IMG/VR virus record: IMGVR_UViG_3300045988_129957
DNA: 64,000 bases
Source of the DNA: a virus
Reading direction: 5' to 3' (one strand)
Positions 39,073 through 47,755 of the stretch are shown piece after piece. The position numbers were made by a program, and so were the translations under genes. The notes beneath the pieces were generated by a model, which was not told the origin of the DNA, did not search any database, and worked only from the letters and a program-made list of their open reading frames with translations. How positions within the stretch are numbered: position 1 is the first letter of the stretch; each line of letters starts with the position of its first letter.

Positions 39073-39302
39073 ACTATTCTTGTGTTTCTAACCAGTATAG
39101 GCATTGTCACATTAACAGTCTTGCCATATTTCTCGTAAGATGTGAGTATGCATATTGCATACTTATCCCCTATTTTCAAATCTTTCGATAATCTTAATCT
39201 TGAACCCCTTTTGATGTTAATAAAACAATTACCAAAAGGATTGATACATATCGGTTTTACGATTTCCACATAATCTCCTTTAGGAATAACAATATCACTC
39301 AT
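39069..39302 (-). CDS. Hypothetical protein (77 aa)
   Basis: ORF. Confidence 0.35.
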   Translation of the reverse strand: MSDIVIPKGDYVEIVKPICINPFGNCFINIKRGSRLRLSKDLKIGDKYAICILTSYEKYGKTVNVTMPILVRNTRIV

Positions 39303-40615
39303 ATTACGAATCTTTTAGACATTTCCTCAGCAATATCATATACGACAATATGATCCTCTTCATTGTACGGCTTATTGATATTCAGCACTCCTTTTCTCAC
39401 TTTAAACTTCTTATCTTTTCTAAGGTGATTCAACATACCTTGTTGGAACACACAGTCCGCCTTTTCAAGTGCTACACTGTCTTCTGTCCATTCTTTCAGC
39501 GTATATCCTTTACTGCTCGTGCTTTTTGGAGAAAAGTTCATAATACGTGCATCAATGCCATACCATGCTTTAACCATTCTTCTTTCAGCTTCCAATTGGA
39601 ATGCATATGATTCCCATATTCCTCCCGATTTAAAGTCAAGAATGACCACTTCTTCTTTTTCCACTTCTCTTACTTCCTTCTTCGGATCACCTTTTTTGAA
39701 CTGTCCGGTAGCCCTTTGATACACGGCTCCAAAATAACCTTCTTCTTTGTATTTGAATGTCATTTTAACCATCGCATCAATAGGTGTTGCTACAAGGTAA
39801 TCCTCTAAAGAAAGGATTCTTTCTATCATCATCGGTTTCACCTTGTAATCAGAACAGAATTTGGCAAACTTCATGACCCTGACAATCATATCGTCAAGAT
39901 CATCTATGCTATTAAAGAACCGATCAAGATTTTTCTTAGATATCTTCAGCTTGCCTTCTTGCACTGTCTTAACCACAAAGCTTCGATTTAAGACCATATC
40001 TCTACCTGTTAGGTACAATCCGTATAAGTAGTGCATGATCGTTCCCTTATCGGCTTCATACTGCGCTACCTCTTCTGGATTGCGACCAAGCATCTTTATC
40101 TCTTGCTTCCATTCCTGAAGTGCTGTCTTATCATCTACATACCCATCTTTGATTAAAGTTGTTACCGAAGCATATATCTTAGCCGTCCCATCATCCATCT
40201 TTCTTACATAAAAACGATTATCGTCTAATGTCAATCTTACGAATTTGGGGGTCTCAATCTTCTTTAACTCATCACAGATATAAAACGGCTCTAATGTTTC
40301 CTGATTTTCTGTAAACGGATTCGAATCTTCTTCTCCAGGGTTAGGAGCGGCTTCCTCCGCCTGAGCTTCCGGTTCCTCCTTCTGGGCCTGCTCTGGCTCA
40401 GGCGCCGGCTCTTCAACTATTGGAACCTGCCCGCCTCTTTCTGCTATGTCTCTGTTCTTTATTAAAGACATAACCTCCTTCTTCAACTGCTCTGGTGTTT
40501 GGTTAGGATCTGACACCGACATCACAACATCGTTCATTCTAAACAACGTATTTCCTTCTCCTTCCACCATAGGGACAAATCCTAAATCTGTCAATATTTT
40601 TATTTTCTCTTTCAT
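39299..40615 (-). CDS. Hypothetical protein (438 aa) with acidic linker; possible nuclease fold (unverified)
   Basis: IDAMV...ILDFKSG weakly resembles PD-(D/E)xK motifs but spacing atypical. Confidence 0.45.
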   Translation of the reverse strand: MKEKIKILTDLGFVPMVEGEGNTLFRMNDVVMSVSDPNQTPEQLKKEVMSLIKNRDIAERGGQVPIVEEPAPEPEQAQKEEPEAQAEEAAPNPGEEDSNPFTENQETLEPFYICDELKKIETPKFVRLTLDDNRFYVRKMDDGTAKIYASVTTLIKDGYVDDKTALQEWKQEIKMLGRNPEEVAQYEADKGTIMHYLYGLYLTGRDMVLNRSFVVKTVQEGKLKISKKNLDRFFNSIDDLDDMIVRVMKFAKFCSDYKVKPMMIERILSLEDYLVATPIDAMVKMTFKYKEEGYFGAVYQRATGQFKKGDPKKEVREVEKEEVVILDFKSGGIWESYAFQLEAERRMVKAWYGIDARIMNFSPKSTSSKGYTLKEWTEDSVALEKADCVFQQGMLNHLRKDKKFKVRKGVLNINKPYNEEDHIVVYDIAEEMSKRFVI

Positions 40616-40771
40616 GATCTTCCTCTAATCAATTCTTCTTTAATACAATGTAACACTGTTTCCACTTCATCTTTATCTCTATCTTTCACTGCGATAGCTA
40701 TATCCTTACCATAACTTTCTCTCTGTATGTGAGCATAAAAGATAGTTTCATCGTCAGCTTCTATTCTTATT

Positions 40772-41287
40772 TTATAAAGTTTTCTCATATCTGTCAATTA
40801 TTTCAATAATTAATCTACCTCTTTCTTTAATCATTCCCCTGCTTTCCATATCCAGTACCTTCTTTACCGCATACTTCCACACAAAAGGAAATTCTGTTTC
40901 AAGTTTATCAAATTCCATCCGGTCGAGATACATGTCGAATACCGTATGCTCCGATTCATGTAGGAAAACTATATTATCTCTGCAAGTAGCAACCGACTTA
41001 TATATCCTTTTCGGAAGTATGTGACAGATGTTACATACTGTAGGAAAATGAATAGCCTTACCGGTCATAGACATTCGAATACTACCCAACTCTTCCAGCA
41101 TAAGACGAAAAAACCCGGATAAATCCGGGTTCTCTAACTTTTTCTTCTTGCTGCTGTTTTTAATGGATGTAATTCTGTCTTTCTTCTTCGGAGTCAACTC
41201 TTTGCTCCTGCAAGCCTGGCATAAGCCATGACTTCTTATCATTACTTTTCGTCCACATTTTTCGCAGACGTACAATTTCTTTTCCAC
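40772..41287 (-). CDS. Zinc-ribbon protein (171 aa)
   Basis: CEKCG...CQAC N-terminus. Confidence 0.4.
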   Translation of the reverse strand: MEKKLYVCEKCGRKVMIRSHGLCQACRSKELTPKKKDRITSIKNSSKKKKLENPDLSGFFRLMLEELGSIRMSMTGKAIHFPTVCNICHILPKRIYKSVATCRDNIVFLHESEHTVFDMYLDRMEFDKLETEFPFVWKYAVKKVLDMESRGMIKERGRLIIEIIDRYEKTL

Positions 41288-41472
41288 TCTCTATATTTCA
41301 ATACAAGTGATATAATTGAAAAGGATACTGCCGTTAAAGATAACGTATATGGTAAGTTCATTAACCATCTCGGTACTTCTTCGGTCTTAATCACTATCAG
41401 CAAAGTAGCACCTGCTACTACCAATAATACAATTGCCGTCGCAAGTGCTACACGGGAAACAACATCACTCAT
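41242..41472 (-). CDS. Small two-TM membrane protein (76 aa)
   Basis: Two hydrophobic helices. Confidence 0.35.
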   Translation of the reverse strand: MSDVVSRVALATAIVLLVVAGATLLIVIKTEEVPRWLMNLPYTLSLTAVSFSIISLVLKYREWKRNCTSAKNVDEK

Positions 41473-41935
41473 CAGTTTTCTTTTCTCCCAATTTTTCTAC
41501 ACCTTTTTGCAGATCGTATTTAAATACTTCAATGATTTTCGTTTCTACAATAGACTCGCAATTCCAGTCGCCCAACGTACCTTGCATCCCCTTAGTCAAC
41601 ACAGCTTCGGCGTCTTTAGGATTGCCGGCCTGGACATACATATAGCATGGCGTTTTCTTTTCTTTACCTTTCCTTTCATCCAGTGTAATGTAATTCACCT
41701 TACACTTATACCAGTACTCAGCCTCTCCGTTGAAGAAGATTTCCGACACTTTAATAGGATTAATTTTTACAACCTCGAAAGAATTGTACAAATCCTTAAA
41801 GATCTCCAACGATCTTGATTCTGCCTCTGTGTAAGACAAGGCATCTACCAAATACTTTTCAGTTACTTTCTTTTTTTTGCCGTTCTCGATATTATCAATC
41901 TCGGCTTTTACTGTGATTTCAAACCAACGATTCAT
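41465..41935 (-). CDS. Hypothetical protein (~156 aa from ATG 41935) immediately downstream of IscB
   Basis: Track start is TTG overlapping IscB stop; first ATG gives MNRWFEITV...; no HUH motif so not TnpA. Confidence 0.45.
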   Translation of the reverse strand: MNRWFEITVKAEIDNIENGKKKKVTEKYLVDALSYTEAESRSLEIFKDLYNSFEVVKINPIKVSEIFFNGEAEYWYKCKVNYITLDERKGKEKKTPCYMYVQAGNPKDAEAVLTKGMQGTLGDWNCESIVETKIIEVFKYDLQKGVEKLGEKKTDE

Positions 41936-41958
41936 GTCTATATTTTTATTTAAATTGA

Positions 41959-43185
41959 TCAATCCATTTCCTTTTGTACCATAAAGCGTTTACACCTTGA
42001 TAATTTCAATTTCTTGTATGTAATATCTCTTTGGTTTTTACCATCAATATCTCGAATATTAAAACTACCGGTTTTACGCCTTGCAAATATAAAGTAATAA
42101 CTGTTTTCAAACATAACCCTATCAAACAATCGGAAACCAAAAACTTCAAAAGGAGATTGATTTGGTCTTTTTATCCCTCCTTTTGGAATCTTTTGTTTAT
42201 GGATCTGACGATTATGTCTTCTTACTAATCTTACTTTATAATAATAACCTAACCTTATAGCATCAAAGTTTTTAGAAATAACAAATGCATCGAAAACATG
42301 AGATTTTTCAATACCATGTTTAATCCTATTGTATTTTGTAACATAACCGAAAGTCATAGAAATGTTGTCGTATTTAGATTTTAGTTCTTCATACAATCTC
42401 CATTTCATTATTCCCATTACGGCTGCGTCGCGAAGCGACTTGCCTCTTCTGATTTTTAAATCTATATTACCTTTATGGTATTCTTTATGACAAGTTTCAC
42501 ATAAGGTAATAAGATTAGATGGGGAATCTCCACCTGTCTTTCGTGATTCAATATGATGAACATTCAATACTGGGTCTTTTGACTTTCCCTTACAATGCTG
42601 GCATTTATGTCCATCTCTTGCTAAAACATATTCCCTAACGTTCCAAAATCCAAGTTGATCACCCTCCTGATATTCTTTACCTGATATTTCAGGATTGTTA
42701 ATCTTCTGAGTATCAAATTGAGCTACTTCGATAACAATACGAGATATTGGTAATATAGAACATACATTGTCAATAACACGAATATGGGCGTCTACTTTGT
42801 ATTTCACCGAAGGTGCTACCCATCCCGGACGCTTACTTTTTATTCTATTATCAAAACGAGGTTTTCTATATCTCAATCTATTTCGTCTTGATCTTCGTAG
42901 CTCCCTTCTGGTAGACAAAAGATCTACGATATCATTTCTAAGAATAACTTCACTGCTGTAAAGTTCTTTGCTTTTCGTCGTTGCTGATAGACCAACGTGT
43001 TTAGTTCCAGCATCAACGCCTAACACAATTTCTTGTTTGTAATCAGATGTTACGTACGTTAATTTGATGGTAAACGGACATAGGTTTACAACGACTGCCT
43101 TTTTGTCTTTAAGCAATCGCCTAACCTTTCCATGCCTTGTTGTAGGCATCAAAGGTTTACCATTTATATCCTGTACGTACACCAT
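41959..43185 (-). CDS. iscB: IscB, IS200/IS605-family OMEGA RNA-guided nuclease (PLMP-RuvC-BH-HNH-RuvC)
   Basis: PLMP motif NGKPLMPT; RuvC-I IVLGVDAGTKHVGLSA; Arg-rich bridge helix RRELRRSRRNRLRYRKPRF; RuvC-II IVIEVAQFD; HNH HKCQHC...NVHHIE...NLITLCETCHKEYH; RuvC-III SHVFDAFV; 408 aa. Confidence 0.85.
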   Translation of the reverse strand: MVYVQDINGKPLMPTTRHGKVRRLLKDKKAVVVNLCPFTIKLTYVTSDYKQEIVLGVDAGTKHVGLSATTKSKELYSSEVILRNDIVDLLSTRRELRRSRRNRLRYRKPRFDNRIKSKRPGWVAPSVKYKVDAHIRVIDNVCSILPISRIVIEVAQFDTQKINNPEISGKEYQEGDQLGFWNVREYVLARDGHKCQHCKGKSKDPVLNVHHIESRKTGGDSPSNLITLCETCHKEYHKGNIDLKIRRGKSLRDAAVMGIMKWRLYEELKSKYDNISMTFGYVTKYNRIKHGIEKSHVFDAFVISKNFDAIRLGYYYKVRLVRRHNRQIHKQKIPKGGIKRPNQSPFEVFGFRLFDRVMFENSYYFIFARRKTGSFNIRDIDGKNQRDITYKKLKLSRCKRFMVQKEMD

Positions 43186-43560
43186 ATTTACAAACGTTTT
43201 TAATGTTTATTCAACATAAGTCAGAGTGAAACTCTGTTAGTACCCATCGCCAATGTTATTTAAGGTTTTTAGTAAGCAACACTATAGCTCGAATACAACC
43301 ATTGTTTAATCACTTACCTTAGAGCTACAGACTTGGGCAAACATCCGCAGGTAACTATCTATTCTTAAATAACGTAGTGTTTGTTTCAACACTTAGGCTA
43401 ATAATCGGAATAGCTTTTGGCTATTATGCATAATACAATACAAATTGGTTATGATTTGTATGAGTTATGTATTATTCTCGATTATCTAAGTGCGTCAGGG
43501 CTTCAATCATAGCTTCTTTTATCTCTTTTTCTTCCATTCTGTTTGTCTTTTTTGGACAAA
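43186..43560 (-). ncRNA. Candidate omegaRNA of IscB (position-based inference)
   Basis: 430-bp region upstream of iscB with no ORF >=60 aa in any frame and several hairpins (43221-43236, 43295-43337, 43408-43424); omegaRNAs lie 5' of iscB in the same orientation. Confidence 0.3.
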
Positions 43561-43614
43561 GATATGTCTTTTGATAATAAAAAAGATTCAAAATAATTTA
43601 ATTTAGCTTAATTA

Positions 43615-44280
43615 CTACTCTTTTGATTCGTCCGGCATAGGCATGTCAAACTTTTTCCTGATAAACGATTCTGTTTCTTCATTGAATGGATAGGCCTCCT
43701 TAATAAAATTCATAGCTACCTCCATATCACCGTCTGCTATATCTTTATACCTTTCAAAGATACCAACCAGGTCATTGTTATATGAACGCTCTTGTTTTAT
43801 GTTGTACACGTATTTCAACACCCTGTCTTTAATTTCATTGGCTTTTTTCACAGTATCATTGAAGGAATTTATACTTTCCAATTCTGGATCTTTGCTTTCC
43901 TTGTTTACCTTATCAAACTCTTCTTTGCTATACCCCGCTTCCCCTTTAATAGCCGGGCAAACACTTTCTTTTATGATCCAAAACTGTTCATACGATCCTG
44001 TCAGAAACCTTGATTCTATTTTAAATGCATTATATTTAACAAGCAAATTAGCCACCTCAGTTGCACCTTCTACGGTTCTAAAACCGATGCCGATATCTTT
44101 TAACATAAATACTGGAACTCCAGTTCTTGGATACACGACTTCTTTTTCGTTCTTTATATTCCAGTTTTTAGCTTCAATTGGAATACCTTTACCAGCAAGC
44201 TCTTTGTCTATATACAGACTTATCTCTTCGTCTGTCAATGCCACAATCTCATCTCTGCTTAAATCAAAAACTGTTTTCAT
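43615..44280 (-). CDS. Hypothetical protein (221 aa)
   Basis: ORF. Confidence 0.45.
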   Translation of the reverse strand: MKTVFDLSRDEIVALTDEEISLYIDKELAGKGIPIEAKNWNIKNEKEVVYPRTGVPVFMLKDIGIGFRTVEGATEVANLLVKYNAFKIESRFLTGSYEQFWIIKESVCPAIKGEAGYSKEEFDKVNKESKDPELESINSFNDTVKKANEIKDRVLKYVYNIKQERSYNNDLVGIFERYKDIADGDMEVAMNFIKEAYPFNEETESFIRKKFDMPMPDESKE

Positions 44281-44330
44281 TTCTTTTTATTTATTAAATT
44301 AGGTGATTATATACAACTTTACACCATCTA

Positions 44331-44382
44331 TATAAAACAGAAGCCGGATAATGATTAACGTATATCCGGCTTCTGTTTTATA
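44331..44382. terminator. 20-bp perfect inverted repeat (tataaaacagaagccggata / tatccggcttctgttttata, 12-nt loop) with A/T flanks; bidirectional terminator or IS-end structure
   Basis: Read directly; between the IS1595 unit and the 221-aa gene. Confidence 0.5.
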
Positions 44383-44385
44383 TGG

Positions 44386-45560
44386 TTAAAATTCTTTTTC
44401 GTTACCACCTTTTTTAGAGGTGGTTTTATCAAAAAGAGGGTCGTTAGGATCTGTTTTGGGATTATAGCTAAATATACTTTTAGCTATTCTCTTCATATCC
44501 TTCTCTAATTTTCCACTTTTACTACTTCTGATCGTAGTAGTGGTTGATATTGTGAATTTCTTATTTTTTTTCATGCCGTAATTTTCTTTAGTTGTGAATA
44601 CCTTAATCGTCGTTTGGTATTCTGCAAAAATACATCGAATCTTTCAGATTCCGATAGATGTTTCGTGTTATATCTGAAAGATTCGCAATCTACATATCTT
44701 TGAAGATGTTTTCTCGACACCCAGAAATGGGTTCCAGAAATCATTTTCTTCAAATGGCTCCAATATCCTTCGATTGTGTTTGTTGATCTTCTGCCTATTA
44801 CATACGCTCCCTTTTTGTGATATACTTTTTGATGATCAAACTTTTCTTTGTCGATCCCGTTATACGCATACCATTCGTCAGAATATATGGTAGAATTAGG
44901 GTGAACGGTATTGTATATCAAAGGAAGTAAGGTTTTACCTTTTGTGTCTGTAACGACATAAGCGACAACAAATCCTTCTCGTTGGAGTGTCCCAAACACA
45001 GGGGTTTTATCTTTTAAAGATCTCCCCTGTGCATCTTTAACTTTATCCTTACTATGTCTATTCTTGTTTTTGCCACCAATATAAGTTTCATCCACTTCAA
45101 TCTCGCCTTTCAAACACGGCTCTTTTATTTCAATACTAAAACAATTGTGAATACGTTGAAGCATAAACCAAGCCGTTTTCTGTGTTACTCCCACGATTTT
45201 AGACAACTGTAAAGATGATACTCCTCTTTTCATTTCAACAACAAAATAACAAGCCAACATCCATTTTCGTAATGAAACCTTTGAATTTTCAAAAATCGTT
45301 CCTGTACGAACATTGAAGTATTTACCCGTGTTTTTACACTTGTACCTATTTCCTTTGCATTTATACACCTTAGATTCCGGATCGAAAGGAGAAACAACGT
45401 GATCTCCCCACCTTTCTTTTTCAAGAAAGGTTATACACGCTTGCTCATCAGGGAACAATTTTGAAAATTCAGGAAGTGATTTAAAATCGAACATACTTCT
45501 TATCTTTATATTGGATTATAAAAATACAAAAATATATTCATATAACCAACTAAAAATCAA
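44386..45560 (-). mobile_element. IS1595-family insertion (boundaries approximate; inverted repeats not found)
   Basis: Transposase plus 62-aa trailing ORF; located 1.3 kb from IscB element. Confidence 0.35.
44571..45494 (-). CDS. IS1595/ISXO2-family DDE transposase
   Basis: N-terminal Cys-pair zinc-ribbon, then ...LQLSKIVGVTQKTAWFMLQRIH and EVDETYIGGK DDE segment typical of ISXO2-like transposases; 307 aa. Confidence 0.7.
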   Translation of the reverse strand: MFDFKSLPEFSKLFPDEQACITFLEKERWGDHVVSPFDPESKVYKCKGNRYKCKNTGKYFNVRTGTIFENSKVSLRKWMLACYFVVEMKRGVSSLQLSKIVGVTQKTAWFMLQRIHNCFSIEIKEPCLKGEIEVDETYIGGKNKNRHSKDKVKDAQGRSLKDKTPVFGTLQREGFVVAYVVTDTKGKTLLPLIYNTVHPNSTIYSDEWYAYNGIDKEKFDHQKVYHKKGAYVIGRRSTNTIEGYWSHLKKMISGTHFWVSRKHLQRYVDCESFRYNTKHLSESERFDVFLQNTKRRLRYSQLKKITA

Positions 45561-45662
45561 TTAAATTCATCGAATATCTGATTTTGAATTATTTTTTTTT
45601 GTTGTTAAATTTCTAATTCTTTTCTATTTTTGAGGATTGTCTAACTTAATAATACTAATATC

Positions 45663-45971
45663 ATGGAAAATTTTTCAAGCGAAATTGAAGAAGAAATAAA
45701 AAATCTTCTTACCAAAATTTGTTCATCAACCTCAATCGAACAAGTTGATAAATTGCGTTTAAAAATAGAATCTTCTGTTAAAACATTCATAAAAGAATAC
45801 CCTTATAAATCAGAGGAAATAGAAATGCTTTATTTAAAAGAACATTGCCCATTAGACACTGTTGTTAAATTTAGAATAAATGAGATTTTAAACATCCCTA
45901 ATGCTTATCCTTCTCAAAACATTTCATTGGATATCGCTATGATGTTGCTTTCTTTGCGATTAGATCATTGA
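45663..45971 (+). CDS. Hypothetical protein (102 aa), isolated +-strand gene
   Basis: ORF divergent from transposase. Confidence 0.35.
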   Translation: MENFSSEIEEEIKNLLTKICSSTSIEQVDKLRLKIESSVKTFIKEYPYKSEEIEMLYLKEHCPLDTVVKFRINEILNIPNAYPSQNISLDIAMMLLSLRLDH

Positions 45972-46120
45972 TAGAATCAAGCAGTTTTCGGTCGTGAGGA
46001 GAATCGTAATTTTTAAGTTTTTCCTTACAAATTTCTCTCATTTTGATAAGACGATTCAATTCTTGTTGTCCATTTTCTTTTGATGTTTTCATAATTGTAA
46101 CTTTTAAAAGTGAATAATTA

Positions 46121-46168
46121 ATTGATTTATAAAAAGAAAGCGGTGATAAACTAAGTTACCACCGCTTT
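46121..46168 (-). terminator. Rho-independent terminator of TRL lipoprotein gene
   Basis: aaagcggtg...caccgcttt 9-bp stem, followed on minus strand by CTTTTTAT. Confidence 0.55.
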
Positions 46169-46189
46169 CATGTTTTGCATTAAAATAAG

Positions 46190-46498
46190 TTATTCTCCAT
46201 ACACTGTAACCGTGTATTTAGCAAACAGCCCTAATACACCTGTCGACTTTTCGTCTACATGGCTAATTTTTGTTATACCAGCTTCTTTTGCTGCTTTCTG
46301 TACACTTGCATTGCCTAAAGCAACCCACCCCAGAATACTAACGGCACTGGCTTTACCTTTCTTAGAACCTACCGGATTTTCTGTCACTGTTACAGGCGCT
46401 TTTGTGTTTGTATAAACAAAACCTGTTACTGGAGATTTTACCATAGCGCAGCTTGATAATAGTAATACTGCACTACAAAAAGCAATGATCTTTTTCAT
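46190..46498 (-). CDS. TRL-family lipoprotein (Bacteroidetes-type)
   Basis: Signal peptide + lipobox LLSSCA; VKSPVTGFVYTN...LGWVALGNASVQKAAKEAGITKI...TVTVYG matches TRL-like family (from memory, no search run); 102 aa. Confidence 0.65.
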   Translation of the reverse strand: MKKIIAFCSAVLLLSSCAMVKSPVTGFVYTNTKAPVTVTENPVGSKKGKASAVSILGWVALGNASVQKAAKEAGITKISHVDEKSTGVLGLFAKYTVTVYGE

Positions 46499-47000
46499 TG
46501 TGTGTTTGTATTGTCTCTCCTGTCCCCTCTGGAAAGATTAACAAAAAAAAGAAGCGTGGAGACTATTGGATACTACCGCATTGAGGTCTTGGACTACCCT
46601 TCGCACAATAGTAAACAATAGCCCCACGCCTTATGTCAGTATATAATATCCCCATCTTACATACAATACAGGAATGCATATAACAACATAGACGTAGGAG
46701 CACTTGTTCATCACCTTGTGCGAATGAAAGTGTCCAAGTTTCAATGCAAGGCAATATCTTAACGCTTCTACGTTACTTCTCTAATATGTGGGGACAAAGA
46801 TAGTAAATACGATAAATATTTAAAAACAAATTAAAAGGATTTAATTTGATGTAAAATAAATATGATTGTTTTAACAGGTTTGTATTTTTGTTGTAAAAAC
46901 GCTCTCAAATATTGGATACTAAAATAAAAACTGACTGAAAATCAGTCGGAAGTAGATCTTGAATCTACATTTTTAACTTTGTTAAATAGGAGAAATTCTT

Positions 47001-47132
47001 ATGAAAACAAAGTCTGGAAATAAACGGGTGTATGTGCATGAATACTCATATACATCGCCTAATGGTAATAAGGTTATAGTACCAAAACATTACCGTACAC
47101 CTCCTTGCCCACCATGCAAGAAGGCTGATTAA
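47001..47132 (+). CDS. Small protein (43 aa) with strong RBS and terminator
   Basis: taggagaaattcttATG; stop TAA 47130-47132; hairpin terminator follows. Confidence 0.35.
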   Translation: MKTKSGNKRVYVHEYSYTSPNGNKVIVPKHYRTPPCPPCKKAD

Positions 47133-47139
47133 TTTCCAA

Positions 47140-47168
47140 GGGGATAGGATTTCTATCCCCTTCTTTTA
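47140..47168 (+). terminator. Rho-independent terminator
   Basis: ggggatag-gattt-ctatcccc + ttctttt. Confidence 0.55.
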
Positions 47169-47275
47169 ATATCCTAATATTTAAAGAGCGTTTTTTTGTT
47201 TATTCAAATATACACAAAATAAATATTGAAGTGGTCAATGATTATTTTTTGGTAGTAGTGTAAAGTTGTATATAA

Positions 47276-47467
47276 TCACCTTAAATTAAACAATCTACCT
47301 CTTTGTTCAGGCTCCGTATATTCTACCCATATATCGGCTGCCACATTTCTAAGAAATTCCATAAAGTCTTGATGATCCCTGTATTCAGCAGAATCAACTT
47401 TTCTCACAAAACTTAGAATTTCCTTTAACATCTTATTGTTTTCTTCAAGAAGTTCTCTGTCGGTCAT
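47276..47467 (-). CDS. Hypothetical small protein (63 aa)
   Basis: ORF. Confidence 0.3.
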   Translation of the reverse strand: MTDRELLEENNKMLKEILSFVRKVDSAEYRDHQDFMEFLRNVAADIWVEYTEPEQRGRLFNLR

Positions 47468-47473
47468 AACCTT

Positions 47474-47722
47474 TCAAATTTTCTTCTTATGGTGTTGATT
47501 CTTTACCGCTCTGGCTACCTCCGACAACTCCACGTCCCTTTCCATTGTTACCCGAAAATCTTCTTCTGTTAAAGAAAAAGACATAGTTAATGTAGGAGTA
47601 TCCTTAAAATACCAATCACATAATTCTTTTAACTCTTTACGTTCATCCTCGTTTTTACATTTATGAATGGTAAGGTAATTCATTCTTTCCTCTTTTTCTT
47701 TGTCTGTTAAATCTTTTTTCAT
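47474..47722 (-). CDS. Hypothetical small protein (82 aa)
   Basis: ORF; conserved TTTTAAAAGTTAGAATT motif before ATG. Confidence 0.4.
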   Translation of the reverse strand: MKKDLTDKEKEERMNYLTIHKCKNEDERKELKELCDWYFKDTPTLTMSFSLTEEDFRVTMERDVELSEVARAVKNQHHKKKI

Positions 47723-47755
47723 AATTCTAACTTTTAAAATTGAGTATATAATTAC

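Larger units (their letters stand above)
41940..43560 (-). mobile_element. IS200/IS605-like IscB element (TnpA-less; boundaries approximate)
   Basis: IscB is characteristic cargo of IS200/605; ends not determined. Confidence 0.4.

Noticed and set aside
41465-41935. ORF downstream of IscB as a possible TnpA (Y1 transposase)
   Set aside because: No HUH motif or catalytic Tyr context; composition unlike IS200 TnpA.
44386-45660. Terminal inverted repeats of the IS1595 element
   Set aside because: Compared 44386-44575 against the reverse complement of 45495-45660 by eye and found no convincing match; boundaries left approximate.
46563-46754. 63-aa minus-strand ORF in ORF-free region
   Set aside because: No start context; lies within a structured non-coding stretch.
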